DNA of 61,488 nucleotides, counting the filler, from Globobulimina sp. (lineage: Eukaryota): the NCBI GenBank assembly GCA_003354225.1. It is 17 parts of 17 records of this genome, joined end to end, with 100 filler letters (N's around TTAATTAATTAA, not from the genome) between each part and the next. Parts side by side here need not be neighbours in the genome. Positions count along the whole stretch, not along the records: positions 32,625 to 36,146 come from PIVH01002586.1; positions 36,247 to 39,767 come from PIVH01002587.1; positions 39,868 to 43,388 come from PIVH01002588.1; positions 43,489 to 47,009 come from PIVH01002589.1; 13 more parts are not named here. The stretch is one strand, 5' to 3'. The notes under the pieces were generated by a model that was given only the letters and a program-made list of their open reading frames with translations, searched no databases and was not told the origin of the DNA. How positions within the stretch are numbered: the stretch's first letter is position 1; each line of letters starts with the position of its first letter. Shown one piece after another: positions 34,206 to 46,304 of the stretch. The position numbers were made by a program, and so were the translations under genes.

Positions 34206-35671
34206 ATGAAATCAGCAATCATCTCATTATTATTTCTAACTAAACACTCCTTGTCATCCGGTGGTCATTGGGATTACGATCATATGAGCGAGTGGTCTCA
34301 TTCATTTTCAATGTGTGACAACCAGGATGAGTCTCCCATCGATATACAATCATTAGATGCCACGTATTCCGCTGATATATGTTCTCCATACTTTGACTGG
34401 GATATCGAGTTCGACGTCACCGACTTTAAAGTAACAAATAACGGACACGCCCTCGTTTTAGTTTAGTATAAATATACATAAACATAAACATAAAAAACAA
34501 CGTTTCCAAACAAACCCAAAACCATCGCCAGAAACCAATTGCAGCCTCCAATATTGACCCAGTGGGCGAATTAGATTCCACCTTATTTGATTCCGATGGC
34601 TCAGAATATCATACATTAGCTTTATCCGACAATACAATCGCGAAGTTCCCAAATTATTTTGCGGCCCAAAACAGTCCCCATGAAGAATTCTGTTTAGATT
34701 CGTTGCATTTCCATTGGGGCCAAAACGACGACGAAGGCTCTGAACACTTTGTCGATTCGCATCAATACGCTTTGGAGGCTCATTTTGTTCACTTTTCATG
34801 GTATATTTGATATATTTTTGTACATTTTGTATGCACAAAAAACCTCACAAACCTTGCACGAAACAAATGACTCATAAATGCAGTCAACATTCAAGTTTGG
34901 GATCAACGTTGGAGCAGTTTCCAAGTGAGGCGAATGTGACCGCGATGGAGGATGCTGGCCAAGATTCGCATCAATTGGGCGTAGTTGGCATATTTTTTGA
35001 TGTGATTGAAGATGCGGATTATGTAAATGCTGCATTTGAGGCCTTATTAACCGACGATATATTAACCACAGTGGCCTTACCTGAACATGCTGATGAAATT
35101 GTGCATGGATTCGATTTGCAAGCATTAGTTCCTGACAGTATTGAGATTGAAGGATACTTTGCTTATTCAGGATCGCTTACTACTCCGCCATGCACAGATA
35201 TTGGTATGCAGTAAAAACTAATATCGTCAGATCGATATAGCAAATTTGTTGTATAGTTTGAAACTGAAATTTTTTTAGTGCTCAACTATGAAATTGTATA
35301 CAAATAGGCTTTTTTTTAGCAGTTTGAAACTGAAAATGTGTTTTTTTTTCTCAGTGAGATGGTTCGTAATGAATGCAAGAGGGAGTATTGGTGTGTCGCA
35401 ATTGGAGAGATTCCGTGAGTTATACTCTGAAGCCGATGTGCAGGTTGCTCCAAATTTCCGCGACCTTCAAGAGAATGCGAATACAGTGTATGGATGTATG
35501 GATGCTCCAGATTTGAGTGGTGTATTAGCAGCGGAAAAAGCGACCAGATCTGTTGTATGGACTGTGGCTGTAATTGCTATGATAACACCATTTGTAATGG
35601 GCATTGTGTGCTGTTATAAGGCAAAACAAGAAATGAGAAATGTAGGAGATGGCAAAACTGTGAAAAAGTAA
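34206..35671 (+). CDS. Alpha-carbonic anhydrase with signal peptide and C-terminal TM helix, 4 exons
   Basis: HWDY, ESPIDI, NNGH, LHFHWG..GSEH..LEAHFVH, YSGSLTTPPCT, VRW and NFRDLQ; introns 34461-34531, 34801-34883 and 35204-35354. Confidence 0.93.
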
Positions 35672-37105
35672 TTTTACTTTGTTATTATTTTTTTTTATTT
35701 GTATTGTGATCGTATATATTTTTTTCTTAGCGTGTTTTTTCTAACTATTTTTTTTTAGTGACTTAATTTTTTAATTTTGTAATGCTGTATCATTGATGTT
35801 AATTTTGTAACCAGTCTGAAAAAGGAGCTGCATGCGCAAAATATGGATCTCTACTCACACTTGTGAAAAACAGCTTATTTTAGGATTGATATTTGAACAT
35901 ACTAGCAATGCGTTCATCCAATACTAGGTCAACTTCGAATACTAGGTTGAAAACCACTCTAGCTAACCCAAAAACCTTGCCAATCGTTGAAATGAAATGA
36001 AACGAAACTAAGCCAAAAAAGTTAAATATTATATTATGTAGTTATTGCATATAGATATTACAACAATTCTGTCACATTTTCGCGAGATTTGAGAAGGCAG
36101 ATCATTGTGTATTCATCAATATTCTGCATGCGTACAAATGGAAACANNNNNNNNNNNNNNNNNNNNNNNNNNNNNNNNNNNNNNNNNNNNTTAATTAATT
36201 AANNNNNNNNNNNNNNNNNNNNNNNNNNNNNNNNNNNNNNNNNNNNCTTAATCAACATGACCAACAATTATTATTTAATCAACACGAAAATAATGATGAA
36301 AAAGAAAACGTTCCTGTAAACTGATATTAAAACTTTAATTTTTTTTGTGTGTGCAATTAAACGGTTTAATAGTATATTATTCATATTCAACTATTTCGAG
36401 GCTGAGTAACTTGTTTCTAAAAACACAGTTTTTGTTCGATGTGCATATGTTACTCAACCAAGAACCCAAGTTGACTATGAATGAATACAGTGCTTTATTC
36501 ATGACCATACAGTAGTTTTGGTATTATCATAATTATAAAAAATTAACCATTTGGTGATGATCTCATCACCAATCACCAAGCTGCATTGTTAGATATGGGT
36601 TCTTGGAGCCTGCTCCGCCTAGGTTATGCAAAACAATATCACAAAGAAATCGAAAAAAACTAAAAAATTCTAAATGCTCGGATGTGTACTATACATAATC
36701 AATTTTCTTCACCCAATCCATTGGATGGGACTTTTCACATTTAAAAAATAATAAAACAATTTCCCACCCTAAATGAATCGTATAAAAAAAGAAAATAAAA
36801 ACAAAAAAACTCAGACTTCAGTTTAGAGCTAGTCATCATCATTTTAGTTTTGGTTTGCGATGGATATCACTGTGGGCCTGTCACCAATAGGACGTGTTTA
36901 GAATATTGCCTTTTGGAAATTTTTTGATTTAAAGAGCTTGTTTTAAATTCGTGGTGTATAGAATATTACATTCATACGCCCATAGGCTATAAACAGGCAG
37001 TGTTTCAAAAGTTGCAAATGAGTGACATCCATTTTAAGCTCAAAAAAAAAACCCAAACCGAAATTTCCAGAAACTATGCTTCGGAAAAAGTCTTTTCATT
37101 GAAAC

Positions 37106-39767
37106 ATGAGACGTAGGACCCGATCGCAAGCAAAAAAAGAACAAACACTAAAAGTTAATGCATTAACTGCAGAATGTATTTAATATCACAAATTAAATCA
37201 ACATAACAATATTCAGCAAAAATGCCAATCCCTTTACCACGCGGTGAGAGACAGAAAAATCCAAAAAGCATTACTTTTTTTAGAGGCCGGCGCCAAATCA
37301 GATTTCATTTATTTGGAAGATAATATGGGATTTACGCCATTTCATGCAGGTTTTGCATTTTTTTGCTTTTCTTCTTTGTTTACAATCAATTGCAATATAC
37401 AGCATTACCAAGATTCGAAGGAATTGGATCCACTGCCAATGAAGAAGCATCGCAAATACATCTCGATTTATTAAATCTACTCTTCAAAAACCACACTAAT
37501 TCGCAACAAACTCTGAACATTTTCAGTCAAGATTCATATGGAATGAATGCGTTTGAATGGGCAGTGGCCGATGGCCAACCAATGTGCACCCACTGGTTCT
37601 TGGACCTATTACACATTGAGGAGGGCGCCAAATCTTTGTATGATAACATTATAAATCGGCAAAATCCATTACCATCCTGCTTGCCGTCAGAAAAATGCAA
37701 GCGAATACAATACCAAACTCCAATCCAATTGGCTGTAAAGTCAGAATCATTAGAAACTGTCCAAGAATTGACACAATTTGCCATTAAACCGGATGTCGGC
37801 GTATGTAATGCAAATAATATGAATGCCATTCACATTGCGATCAAACGAAAACTGCCCTCCATATTATATGAATTGGTTAACATCGCAAAGAGCGCAGATT
37901 TAAATCAGCCAAACCATAGAAATGAGGACGCCTTGAAATATGCGCAAACAATGTACCAACAGTCGCTAACCATTGCAATAACGGCTTGTGACATTTTAAA
38001 ATTATGGAAATGCAAAGAAATAATCAAAGCTAGAATGTATGTCAGTATGTGCTGTATATTTATATTAATCAGAATGTTTAATTGTATATCAATAATATTA
38101 GCAATCCGAATATTAATCTTCGACAAAGATGGGAAACTATTCGCAATCAATCAGAACCCACACACAACGCTGTAATGTCATTAGTGTTTACCGCCGATGG
38201 AAAGAATCCAAATACAAATGTATTAAAAGCAGCGCATAGAGACACAAAGGAAGCCAATGTGATTCACGACGACATTGCAAATATGAATATTTCGATGGAT
38301 CAACAGGAAAAATATCGAGTGGTATCGTTTGAAGAAGCGTGCAAACTGCAACACGCAAATGAAAATTGGGTCACTTCGCACCACGGAAAGTTAGACATAA
38401 ACGAAAGATTCCGCAAAACGCAGCAATTATCCCCGTTTGTGGCCAGTTTAAAGACCTTATTTGCGGCGCAAAGACGACAGCTAAGTTTTACATATGCTCC
38501 AAAAGCAAACGGCAAATCTCGTTCTTGCTCGCTGTCGTTAACTGATTCCGACTCCGACGAGGAAGAAATGAAAGAATCGGAATGCAACAACAATACTAAT
38601 AACCGGCCATTGAAGCGAAGGAAGAAGAAAGTTAAAAAACTATCGGAAGCAATATTTTTGTACAAGGACGAATGGATCGAAGTGGAGGCTCTCAACAAAG
38701 CGTTGGACACTGAATTGACGGCAGAGGATCGGATCAAATTTTATCAACTATCCATCGGAGAGTGCGCAAATAGCAATGTTGAGGTACGGGAGATTCGCGA
38801 TGTTACTCATCCATGTAAGCGGCATTCGGATGGAGCAGTATTTGGTGTGTTTGCCACCAAGGACTTACCAAAAAAGACCATCATATTGGAATACTGCGGG
38901 TTACTATGTACAGAGAATGAATATTTTGCCTCATTGGGGAGTGGAACCTTGGAACGATTTGATAGTCAATGGCGGAATTATAAATGTGAGACCTTTAAGA
39001 CGTTGGATGGGCATCAATTACTAATCGATGCTTCATATTGTTCGAATGAGTCTGTATTTGTGAATGATGCGAGTCACGATGAGGTATTTGAGAAGTGGAG
39101 CACTTCGAATGTGTCCTTTTTCGAAATCAAAATCAATGGCTGGCCGCATATTTTTTTGCGTGTCTTTGATTATATTAAAGCTGGCGATGAATGCTTGGTA
39201 AATTATGGTGGTAGTTTTTGGAAACAGCATCAAAAAGATATGGCAAAGAGTCAGTCGTTAAATTCATATCATATTCATATGTTGGAGAGGGTGGAAGAAG
39301 CGAAATTGGTAAACAAAGAAAGAACAGCTAAGCGGAAAAGGGATGAGATTGGGAATGGTGTCGAATTGAATTGTTTGGAGCCACAAACTAAAAGAATGAG
39401 AATCGATAATGATATGAATCATAATTTAAATGTTAATGATGAGATAATGAATGAAATGAAGGAGAAACTCAGTTCTATGGAAAAGAGATTGAATGAGAAA
39501 GATAAGAAAATACAGCAATTACAACAAGCGATTGAGAATTTTAGTACAATTGTTAAGTTTTATTGTTTGGTGATTGCGTGTCTATGATTTTGTTGTTTTG
39601 TTATGTACAGAATCAAGATAAAAAGAAGAAATTGGCGCTAATCAATGATAGAATGCCAATCATAATAAATGAAGTTGAATTGCTGGCGAATGAGAATAAA
39701 GAAAAGGACAAAGAAATACAACGATTAACGGAAAAAGTGGAGGAATATTTTACAAAAAAAACCAAAT
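37106..39767 (+). CDS. Ankyrin-repeat plus SET-domain protein with coiled-coil tail, 3'-truncated
   Basis: Introns 37154-37216, 37350-37402, 38037-38101 and 39552-39610; ankyrin motifs GFTPFH, TPIQLA, NAIHIA; SET motifs GVFATKDL..ILEYCG..IDA..FVND..IKAGDECLVNYG..FW. Confidence 0.82.
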
Positions 39768-39867
39768 NNNNNNNNNNNNNNNNNNNNNNNNNNNNNNNNN
39801 NNNNNNNNNNNTTAATTAATTAANNNNNNNNNNNNNNNNNNNNNNNNNNNNNNNNNNNNNNNNNNNN

Positions 39868-41053
39868 CAAGCTTCCCGCTTTGCTGATTCCATATTTTCA
39901 ATTCAGAAATGAACTCTCATTGGATAATAATTTGATTGTTCGTGATGGTTATCGAGTTCTGGTGCCCGAATCCTTACGGATTCGTTTGCTCAAAATGGCT
40001 CATTCTGGTCATCCTGGGATCGTTCGAATGAAGCGCAAACTCCGCGAATGTTACTGGTGGCCTGGTATGGACAAAGAAATCGAACATTTCGTCAAACATT
40101 GCCTTCCATGCCAAGATTCAGCAAAATCGGCCCCTAAACTACACATCGAACCATATCGGATTCCTATTCCTGATAATCCCTGGGAAAAACTTGCCATCGA
40201 CATCACAGGACCATTCGATAATGCACCTCACAACATGCGATTCATTGTGGTACTCATCGATTACTACTCGAAATTCCCTGAAATTTTGTGTACTAATGAC
40301 ATCACATCAGCAAGAATCATCAAGTGGTTGAAAGACATTTTTGCTAGATATGGGAATCCTATTCGCCTGGTGTCAGATAATGGTCCACAATTCATCAGCT
40401 CAGAGTTCATCAATTTTCTACATGCCAGAGACATTGAGCATGAACGTTCCCCTGTGTATCATCCACAGCACAATGGTCTGGTTGAAGTTTTCAATCGCTA
40501 TATCAAGCATGGAGTACAAACTTTCCAAGCCAGTTCAACTCAATGGTCTGATGGTTTACATGATTTACTGTTTCAGTTCAGAGCCACATCACCTACACCT
40601 GATGGTAAAAGTCCAGCTGAACTGTTATTCAACCGCAAACTTAGAATGGATTTTGAGATTGTTCGTTCTCAAAAAGAAAAGGGAGAAGAAGAGCCTTACG
40701 GCTCAGGAGAAAAGCAACCCAGCTTGCCGAAAACATCAAAACCTAAATTCCCTGGTCCATACAAATTGGGTGAACAAGTTCGCGTTCGTCTTCCACATGT
40801 ACCCAAAGGATCATCTCCATTCTCTAAGCCACGCACTATCACGAAAGTTCTTGGACAATGGACATATCAATTGTCAGATGGTTTTGTCTGGAATGCTCGA
40901 AAACTTCGACATGTCTATGAAGATACAAATCAACCTACTCAATATTTTGGTACTGACATTGGAGCTGATATTCCTGCTGTTCCTGATCCACCTCCATTGC
41001 GGCGATCAACACGTACAAACAAAGGTCGCCCTCCAGAACGATATTCACCATAG
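39868..41053 (+). CDS. Retrotransposon pol 3' part: integrase
   Basis: HHCC motif AHSGHPG..YWWPGM..CLPC; DDE motifs AIDITGP, VSDNGPQF, NGLVE; tail LRRSTR..PPERY. Confidence 0.95.
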
Positions 41054-41080
41054 AAGATGAAAATAGTGCGCCCTTCTTTG

Positions 41081-41090
41081 AAGAGGAGGG
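41081..41090 (+). promoter_or_regulatory. Polypurine tract of the retrotransposon
   Basis: AAGAGGAGGG directly before the TG that opens the LTR, 27 nt after the integrase stop. Confidence 0.8.
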
Positions 41091-41375
41091 TGATGATATA
41101 TCGGACACATAACCTTTATAGTGTGATATATTTAGCTTAGGCGTTGTTTACATTTAAACCTTGCGTGCCCGCACATTATCAGCTACTGCACCGCTCCAGT
41201 TAATATTGGTATATTGTGGCTGATGCAATTTCTCTTAGTTTTTACCTGTCGTTTGTGCTGGGCTGACGTTACCTTATAATTGTCTAAAGATATAATAATC
41301 GAACCTTAATAAATTCTATATGTTAATTGGTGTTCATTAAATGGTCATCTTAATATACAAAGCACCAACATAACA
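41091..41375 (+). repeat. Long terminal repeat (single copy, about 285 bp)
   Basis: Begins TG after the PPT, ends AACA before the PBS; AATAAA at 41308-41313. Confidence 0.78.
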
Positions 41376-41378
41376 TTT

Positions 41379-41396
41379 TGGCGACGCCTGGTTGGA
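41379..41396 (+). promoter_or_regulatory. Primer-binding site (probably tRNA-Ser)
   Basis: TGGCGACGCCTGGTTGGA, 3 nt after the LTR's CA; complementary to a tRNA 3' end with CCA and a G discriminator. Confidence 0.72.
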
Positions 41397-41496
41397 ATAT
41401 TTTTTGACAAAAAAGAAAGGTTTTTCCGTTCTCCGCCCACCTTTCTGCAAGAAAAAAGAACTTTTCAAAAACAATTTTTGGAATATTTTTTTTGCC

Positions 41497-43388
41497 ATGG
41501 CTCATGTTCAAAAGTTGCCCGCCCCTATGCCGGACAAATATTGGCCACATTCAGGTGAACAACCACATTTAAAATGGGATCAATGGAAGGTGGAACTAGA
41601 CATTTTTTTCACTCTGTTGGACAGTTCTTTGCCAGTCGACAACAAACTTGCTCCTGCTCAAAAGAACATGTATCTACGCAATTTACTTGGTGCTGAAGGT
41701 AGCCGAATGTTCTCTGCACATCCTTTAGCTGGAACATTTGCCACTTCAACATATGCAGCCTATGCAGATGCAGCAAAAAGTATTTTTGGACGCCCTGTGA
41801 ATGCAATTCGAGCACATTTTGATTTCAACACAAGAAAACAAGCTCAACACGAATCAATCCAGGACTACATTCTTGCTTTACGTGCATTGACAACTGATTG
41901 TGACTTTCATGGTCAGGAAAACTATCATTTGGCCATACAACTTGCCACTGGTTGCTACCAAAAAGATACACAAACTCGACTGTTGGCTCAACAAAACATC
42001 AATCTTGATGAATTCACTAGAATAGCTGAAGCTGAGGAAAGTTCTTCTCAAAATGCCAGTAGTATTCGTGGTGAAAAACAAGTCGCTGTCCTACAAGGGA
42101 AATCACAGAATAGTGCCTTACGGTACCCAAATAAGAAACCTCCGCCTTTCAAACCGAAACCTAAACATGGTTCATTCTCATCTAACAAGGATTCCAGCAA
42201 TTCTTCGGTCCCATGCAATGGTTGTGGTAAACATGGTCACAAAATTCACGATGTAGCTTGCCCTGCAGCCAAACAACAATGTCGCTCTTGTCATAAAGTG
42301 GGTCATTTCGATGCAGTTTGCAAAAACAAACACAGACCTGGCTTCAAGGATATAAAGTCTCTGCGTTTCAAAACCCCTGGTATTTGTGCAGTCGAAAACA
42401 CTCAAAGTAAGCATTTTAACTGTTCGATTAAGCTTCAAAAGTCAACAGGACAACTGGTCACTCTTACTGCTGATGCAGACACCTGCTCGGACCTCACGGC
42501 TATCACACAGTCTACATATGAAAACGAGTTCGCTGATGTCCAGCTGACACCTTTCATTGGTCCAGTTAGCAATTTTGATGGCTCAAACATTACTGGTGTG
42601 TTGGGACATTTCAAAACAGTTGTTCAGTTTGAAAATCGACAATCAGAGATCAATCTACATGTACTGCCTGACAGTTATGGTCCTATCATTGGAAAAGATG
42701 CCATCACCTCACTGGGTCTTGTTCTAAATGGATCAGATTTCTCTGTTAATGCTGTTACTGGCCCTTCCGCTCAACATGGACTAGAATCGAAGACACAGTC
42801 TTACGACTGCCAACGAAACGATGTCAAAGCCATGCCAAAACCAACCGAATTCGAAACTTTCCTGGCACCATACACTAATCTCACATCCCCTGGTATCGGA
42901 TTAGTTCCAGATTTTGAACATCGAATCATGCTCCAGACAGATGCCGTTCCTGTTGCTAGAAAACTCCGTCCTATTCCTCTGTACAGACAGAAAGGAGCTT
43001 TAGAGGAAGTTGACCTGATGGAGGAACAAGGTATTTGGTCTAAAGTCGATCGCTCAGACTGGGTGCATGCAATGGTTACAGTTGACAAACCGGATGGTGG
43101 AGTGCGTATCACAACAGATTTGTCCCCGCTGAACAAATATGTCATTCCGTGTCGATATCCACTGCCAAACGTCCGTGATCTATTCCTCAAGCTTGCCCAC
43201 TCAAAGTTCCACACAAAACTTGACCTGTACAAGGGATACTTTAATGGCAAGGTTCATCCTGAAAGTCGACTACTCACAACAACTCTTACACCTAAAGGTA
43301 TGTATGCTTACAATAGATTGCCTATGGGTTTAGTGGACTCTGCTGCAGTTTTCCACAAAATGATCACTCAGATACTAGCTGACTGTCA
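41497..43388 (+). CDS. Gag-protease-reverse transcriptase polyprotein (single frame), 3'-truncated
   Basis: FNTRKQ..ESIQDYI..LR.L..DCDF; double knuckle CNGCG..H..CPA..CRSCHKVGHF..VC; protease ADTCSD; RT motifs VDKPDGGVRITTDL..LNK, LDLYKGY, YNRLPMGL. Confidence 0.93.
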
Positions 43389-43508
43389 NNNNNNNNNNNN
43401 NNNNNNNNNNNNNNNNNNNNNNNNNNNNNNNNTTAATTAATTAANNNNNNNNNNNNNNNNNNNNNNNNNNNNNNNNNNNNNNNNNNNNATTATCCTTTAA
43501 TTGATTTG

Positions 43509-46304
43509 TCAAAAATATATTAATACATTATCAATTACGTGAACCACACCATTTTTAGCAAATATATCAGGAATAATAATATTTGCCGCTGAACCAGTTT
43601 TGTCAACAATGATTACATTATCATCATCATCAACATTTACTTGTATAGTTTCACCATTCAATGTAACCTCCAAATCAACGCCATTAAATACACGAAACTC
43701 TGATACTAAATCTTGATATGTAAAGATACGATTTCCTCCCCACACATGGTACAATAATATCTGTTGTAAGTTTGGATGGTTTAATAAATCAATGACTGTG
43801 ATATTTAATTTATTCATTAAATTATAAAAAGCAGCATTTGTTGGTGCGAATACTGTTGCAATTAAACCATCACTGTCCAATGTATCACTTAATCCGCTGG
43901 CATCTAATGCTGCTACCAATATACTAAAATTATCAATACTTTTCGCAATGGAAAATATTGAATCAAACACAGGCAACAACACCGAATCTATAACATGAAC
44001 CACACCATTTTTTGCTCGCACATCCGGCAGAATGATATTTGATGATGTTTGTTGTCCATCAATTAAAATAATTTCCTCACTAATTGAATTTTCAACATTA
44101 ACACTGATTGGTTGTCCATTTATTGTTGTTAGATTTGATTTTATTTTTAAATCTGAAGTATACAAATAATCCGCAACCACATGATATAACAAAATATCTT
44201 TTAAATTTGGAATGTTTAATAGTTGATCCGCTGTAATATTTAATTTATTCATTAAAGTATAAAATGCATTATTATTTGGTGCAAATACTGTGAATGGACC
44301 TGGCCCCGATAATACATCTAATAACTCAGCTTTTATTACTGCTGCAACCAAAATGCTAAAGTCATCAAACATTGTCGCTATTTTAGCCACTGACTCAAAT
44401 ATAGGCAACATCACTTCATCAATTACATGAACCACACCGTTTACTGCTTCGACATTCCCTAACAATGCATGAGCACTTCCAAATTGTTGATCCGTGACAG
44501 TTATTCCAAATAATTTAAATCCGTGTGGTTGATGCACATAATTATCCATATTAATCACTAGATTCTGACCGTTTGCTGTTTGTAAATCACCACTCGATAA
44601 GTCTGAACTTAATAAATAACCAGCAACCACATGATATAATAAAATATCTCCTAAATTGGGAATATTTAATAAATCCTCAATCTCAATATTTAATGCAGTC
44701 ATTAGTTTAAAAAACGCATAATTATTTGGCGCAAATACTGTAAATGGACCCGGCCCTAATAAAGTATCAACTAACTCCGCTTTCATTACTGCAGCAACTA
44801 AAATGCTATAATCCTCAAACGATGTCGCAATTTGAATAATAGAGTCAAACAAAGGTAACAGCACACGATCAATGACATGAACTATACCATTCTTTGCTTG
44901 TATATTACCAATAAACATATTGGATACATCGTGCTGGCCATCAACTAACCAAATACCATCCACACCAAAACCATCACGAGATCCATCGTAATTATCTGTA
45001 TTCACATCAATGGCTTGTCCATTCATTCCAGCATTTTCTAGCGGAATATTTGTTGATAAATCAGTTGTAAACAAATAATCATTATTTACATGATACAATA
45101 ATACCTCAGCTAAAATTGTCAAGTTTAATATATCATCAATGTCAATGAGCAATTCGTCCATCAGCTGGTAGAATGCTGCATTATTTGGTGCAAATACTGT
45201 AAATGGACCCGGTCCTAACAAAGTATCAAATAACTCCGCTTTTATAACTAACTCCGCTAAAATGCTATAATCAGCCACTGCGGTTGCAATATTTATCACT
45301 GTGTCAAACTTTGGAAGCATAACACGATCAATGACATGAACCACACCATTGGCGGCTTCCACATTGCCAAGCATTATATGCACGTTCATGTCCTGTTGAT
45401 CCACCACATCAATGCCTGTCACATAAAAACCATAATCACTGCCATCATTGTTATTTGTTATTGTGAATGTGTCTCCATTTGCGGTCTCATACTCACCGCT
45501 CACTAAATCTGCGCTTAATAAATAATCTCCAACAACATGATAAGACAACACCTCCGCCAAAGTGGGCAGCTTTAATAAGTCATCGATAGTGATATGTAGC
45601 TCCTCCATCAACTGATAAAAGGCGTTGTTAGTTGGCGCAAACGCTGTGAACGGGCCAGGTGCTAACAACGCGTCGGTTAAATTCGCAGCAACCACTAACT
45701 GTATTAAAATACCATAATACTGCTCAAACGCCAGTGCCACATCGACAATTGAGTCAAACAAAGGTATCAAAACTCTATCAATTACATGGACAATACCATT
45801 GACTGCCTGGACATTACCAATAAACATATTGGATACATCATGCTGTCCATCAATGAAAAAGGGGCCATGTATATCAAAACCACCGCGATAACCGTCATAA
45901 TTATCCACATTCACGTCCAATGTCTTGCCATTTATGGTTGCCAGCGCACCGTTGGATAACTCGTCTGTAAATGTATATGCATCAATCATATGATACCACA
46001 AAGTCTCTGCCAAGATCGGCGTAATCAATAAATCTTCCAACGTGATCTGTAGCTCATCCATCAACTGATAGAAGGCCTCGTTGTTTGGAGCAAGTACTGT
46101 GAAGGGACCCGGGTTGGATAAGATCTCTGTTAAATTGGCAGCATCCACTAACTCATCCAATATAGAATAATCCTCAAATTGAATGGAAATCTCATGCACG
46201 TGGTCGAACATTAGGATCAGAACTCTATCAATCACGTGTACCACACCGTTGTATGCCTCCACATTACCTAAGATTGTAAACGCGTCTCTGCTTTGTATGT
46301 CCAT
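43509..46304 (-). CDS. Multi-fasciclin (FAS1) protein: 6 complete domains plus 1 partial, 5'-truncated
   Basis: Repeated GPFTVFAPNNxAF..LLYHV..NGVVHVIDxVL units in an intronless 931-codon frame that starts in mid-domain. Confidence 0.93.
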   Translation of the reverse strand: MDIQSRDAFTILGNVEAYNGVVHVIDRVLILMFDHVHEISIQFEDYSILDELVDAANLTEILSNPGPFTVLAPNNEAFYQLMDELQITLEDLLITPILAETLWYHMIDAYTFTDELSNGALATINGKTLDVNVDNYDGYRGGFDIHGPFFIDGQHDVSNMFIGNVQAVNGIVHVIDRVLIPLFDSIVDVALAFEQYYGILIQLVVAANLTDALLAPGPFTAFAPTNNAFYQLMEELHITIDDLLKLPTLAEVLSYHVVGDYLLSADLVSGEYETANGDTFTITNNNDGSDYGFYVTGIDVVDQQDMNVHIMLGNVEAANGVVHVIDRVMLPKFDTVINIATAVADYSILAELVIKAELFDTLLGPGPFTVFAPNNAAFYQLMDELLIDIDDILNLTILAEVLLYHVNNDYLFTTDLSTNIPLENAGMNGQAIDVNTDNYDGSRDGFGVDGIWLVDGQHDVSNMFIGNIQAKNGIVHVIDRVLLPLFDSIIQIATSFEDYSILVAAVMKAELVDTLLGPGPFTVFAPNNYAFFKLMTALNIEIEDLLNIPNLGDILLYHVVAGYLLSSDLSSGDLQTANGQNLVINMDNYVHQPHGFKLFGITVTDQQFGSAHALLGNVEAVNGVVHVIDEVMLPIFESVAKIATMFDDFSILVAAVIKAELLDVLSGPGPFTVFAPNNNAFYTLMNKLNITADQLLNIPNLKDILLYHVVADYLYTSDLKIKSNLTTINGQPISVNVENSISEEIILIDGQQTSSNIILPDVRAKNGVVHVIDSVLLPVFDSIFSIAKSIDNFSILVAALDASGLSDTLDSDGLIATVFAPTNAAFYNLMNKLNITVIDLLNHPNLQQILLYHVWGGNRIFTYQDLVSEFRVFNGVDLEVTLNGETIQVNVDDDDNVIIVDKTGSAANIIIPDIFAKNGVVHVIDNVLIYF

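Larger units (their letters stand above)
39868..43388 (+). mobile_element. Ty3/gypsy (Mag-like) LTR retrotransposon, circularly permuted: integrase - PPT - LTR - PBS - gag/PR/RT
   Basis: The whole contig is element sequence; all components are on the + strand (see sub-features). Confidence 0.92.

Noticed and set aside
35255..35335. Direct repeat AGTTTGAAACTGAAA twice within carbonic anhydrase intron 3
   Set aside because: Only two short AT-rich copies with no array or TIR structure; probably a local duplication
40341..41060. 239-aa alternative-frame ORF overlapping the integrase
   Set aside because: TTG start and no recognisable motifs; likely a by-product of codon bias in the integrase frame
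39868..43388. Ty1/copia assignment because integrase appears before RT
   Set aside because: A stop, PPT, LTR, PBS and gag lie between them and all motifs are gypsy-type; the order is a permutation
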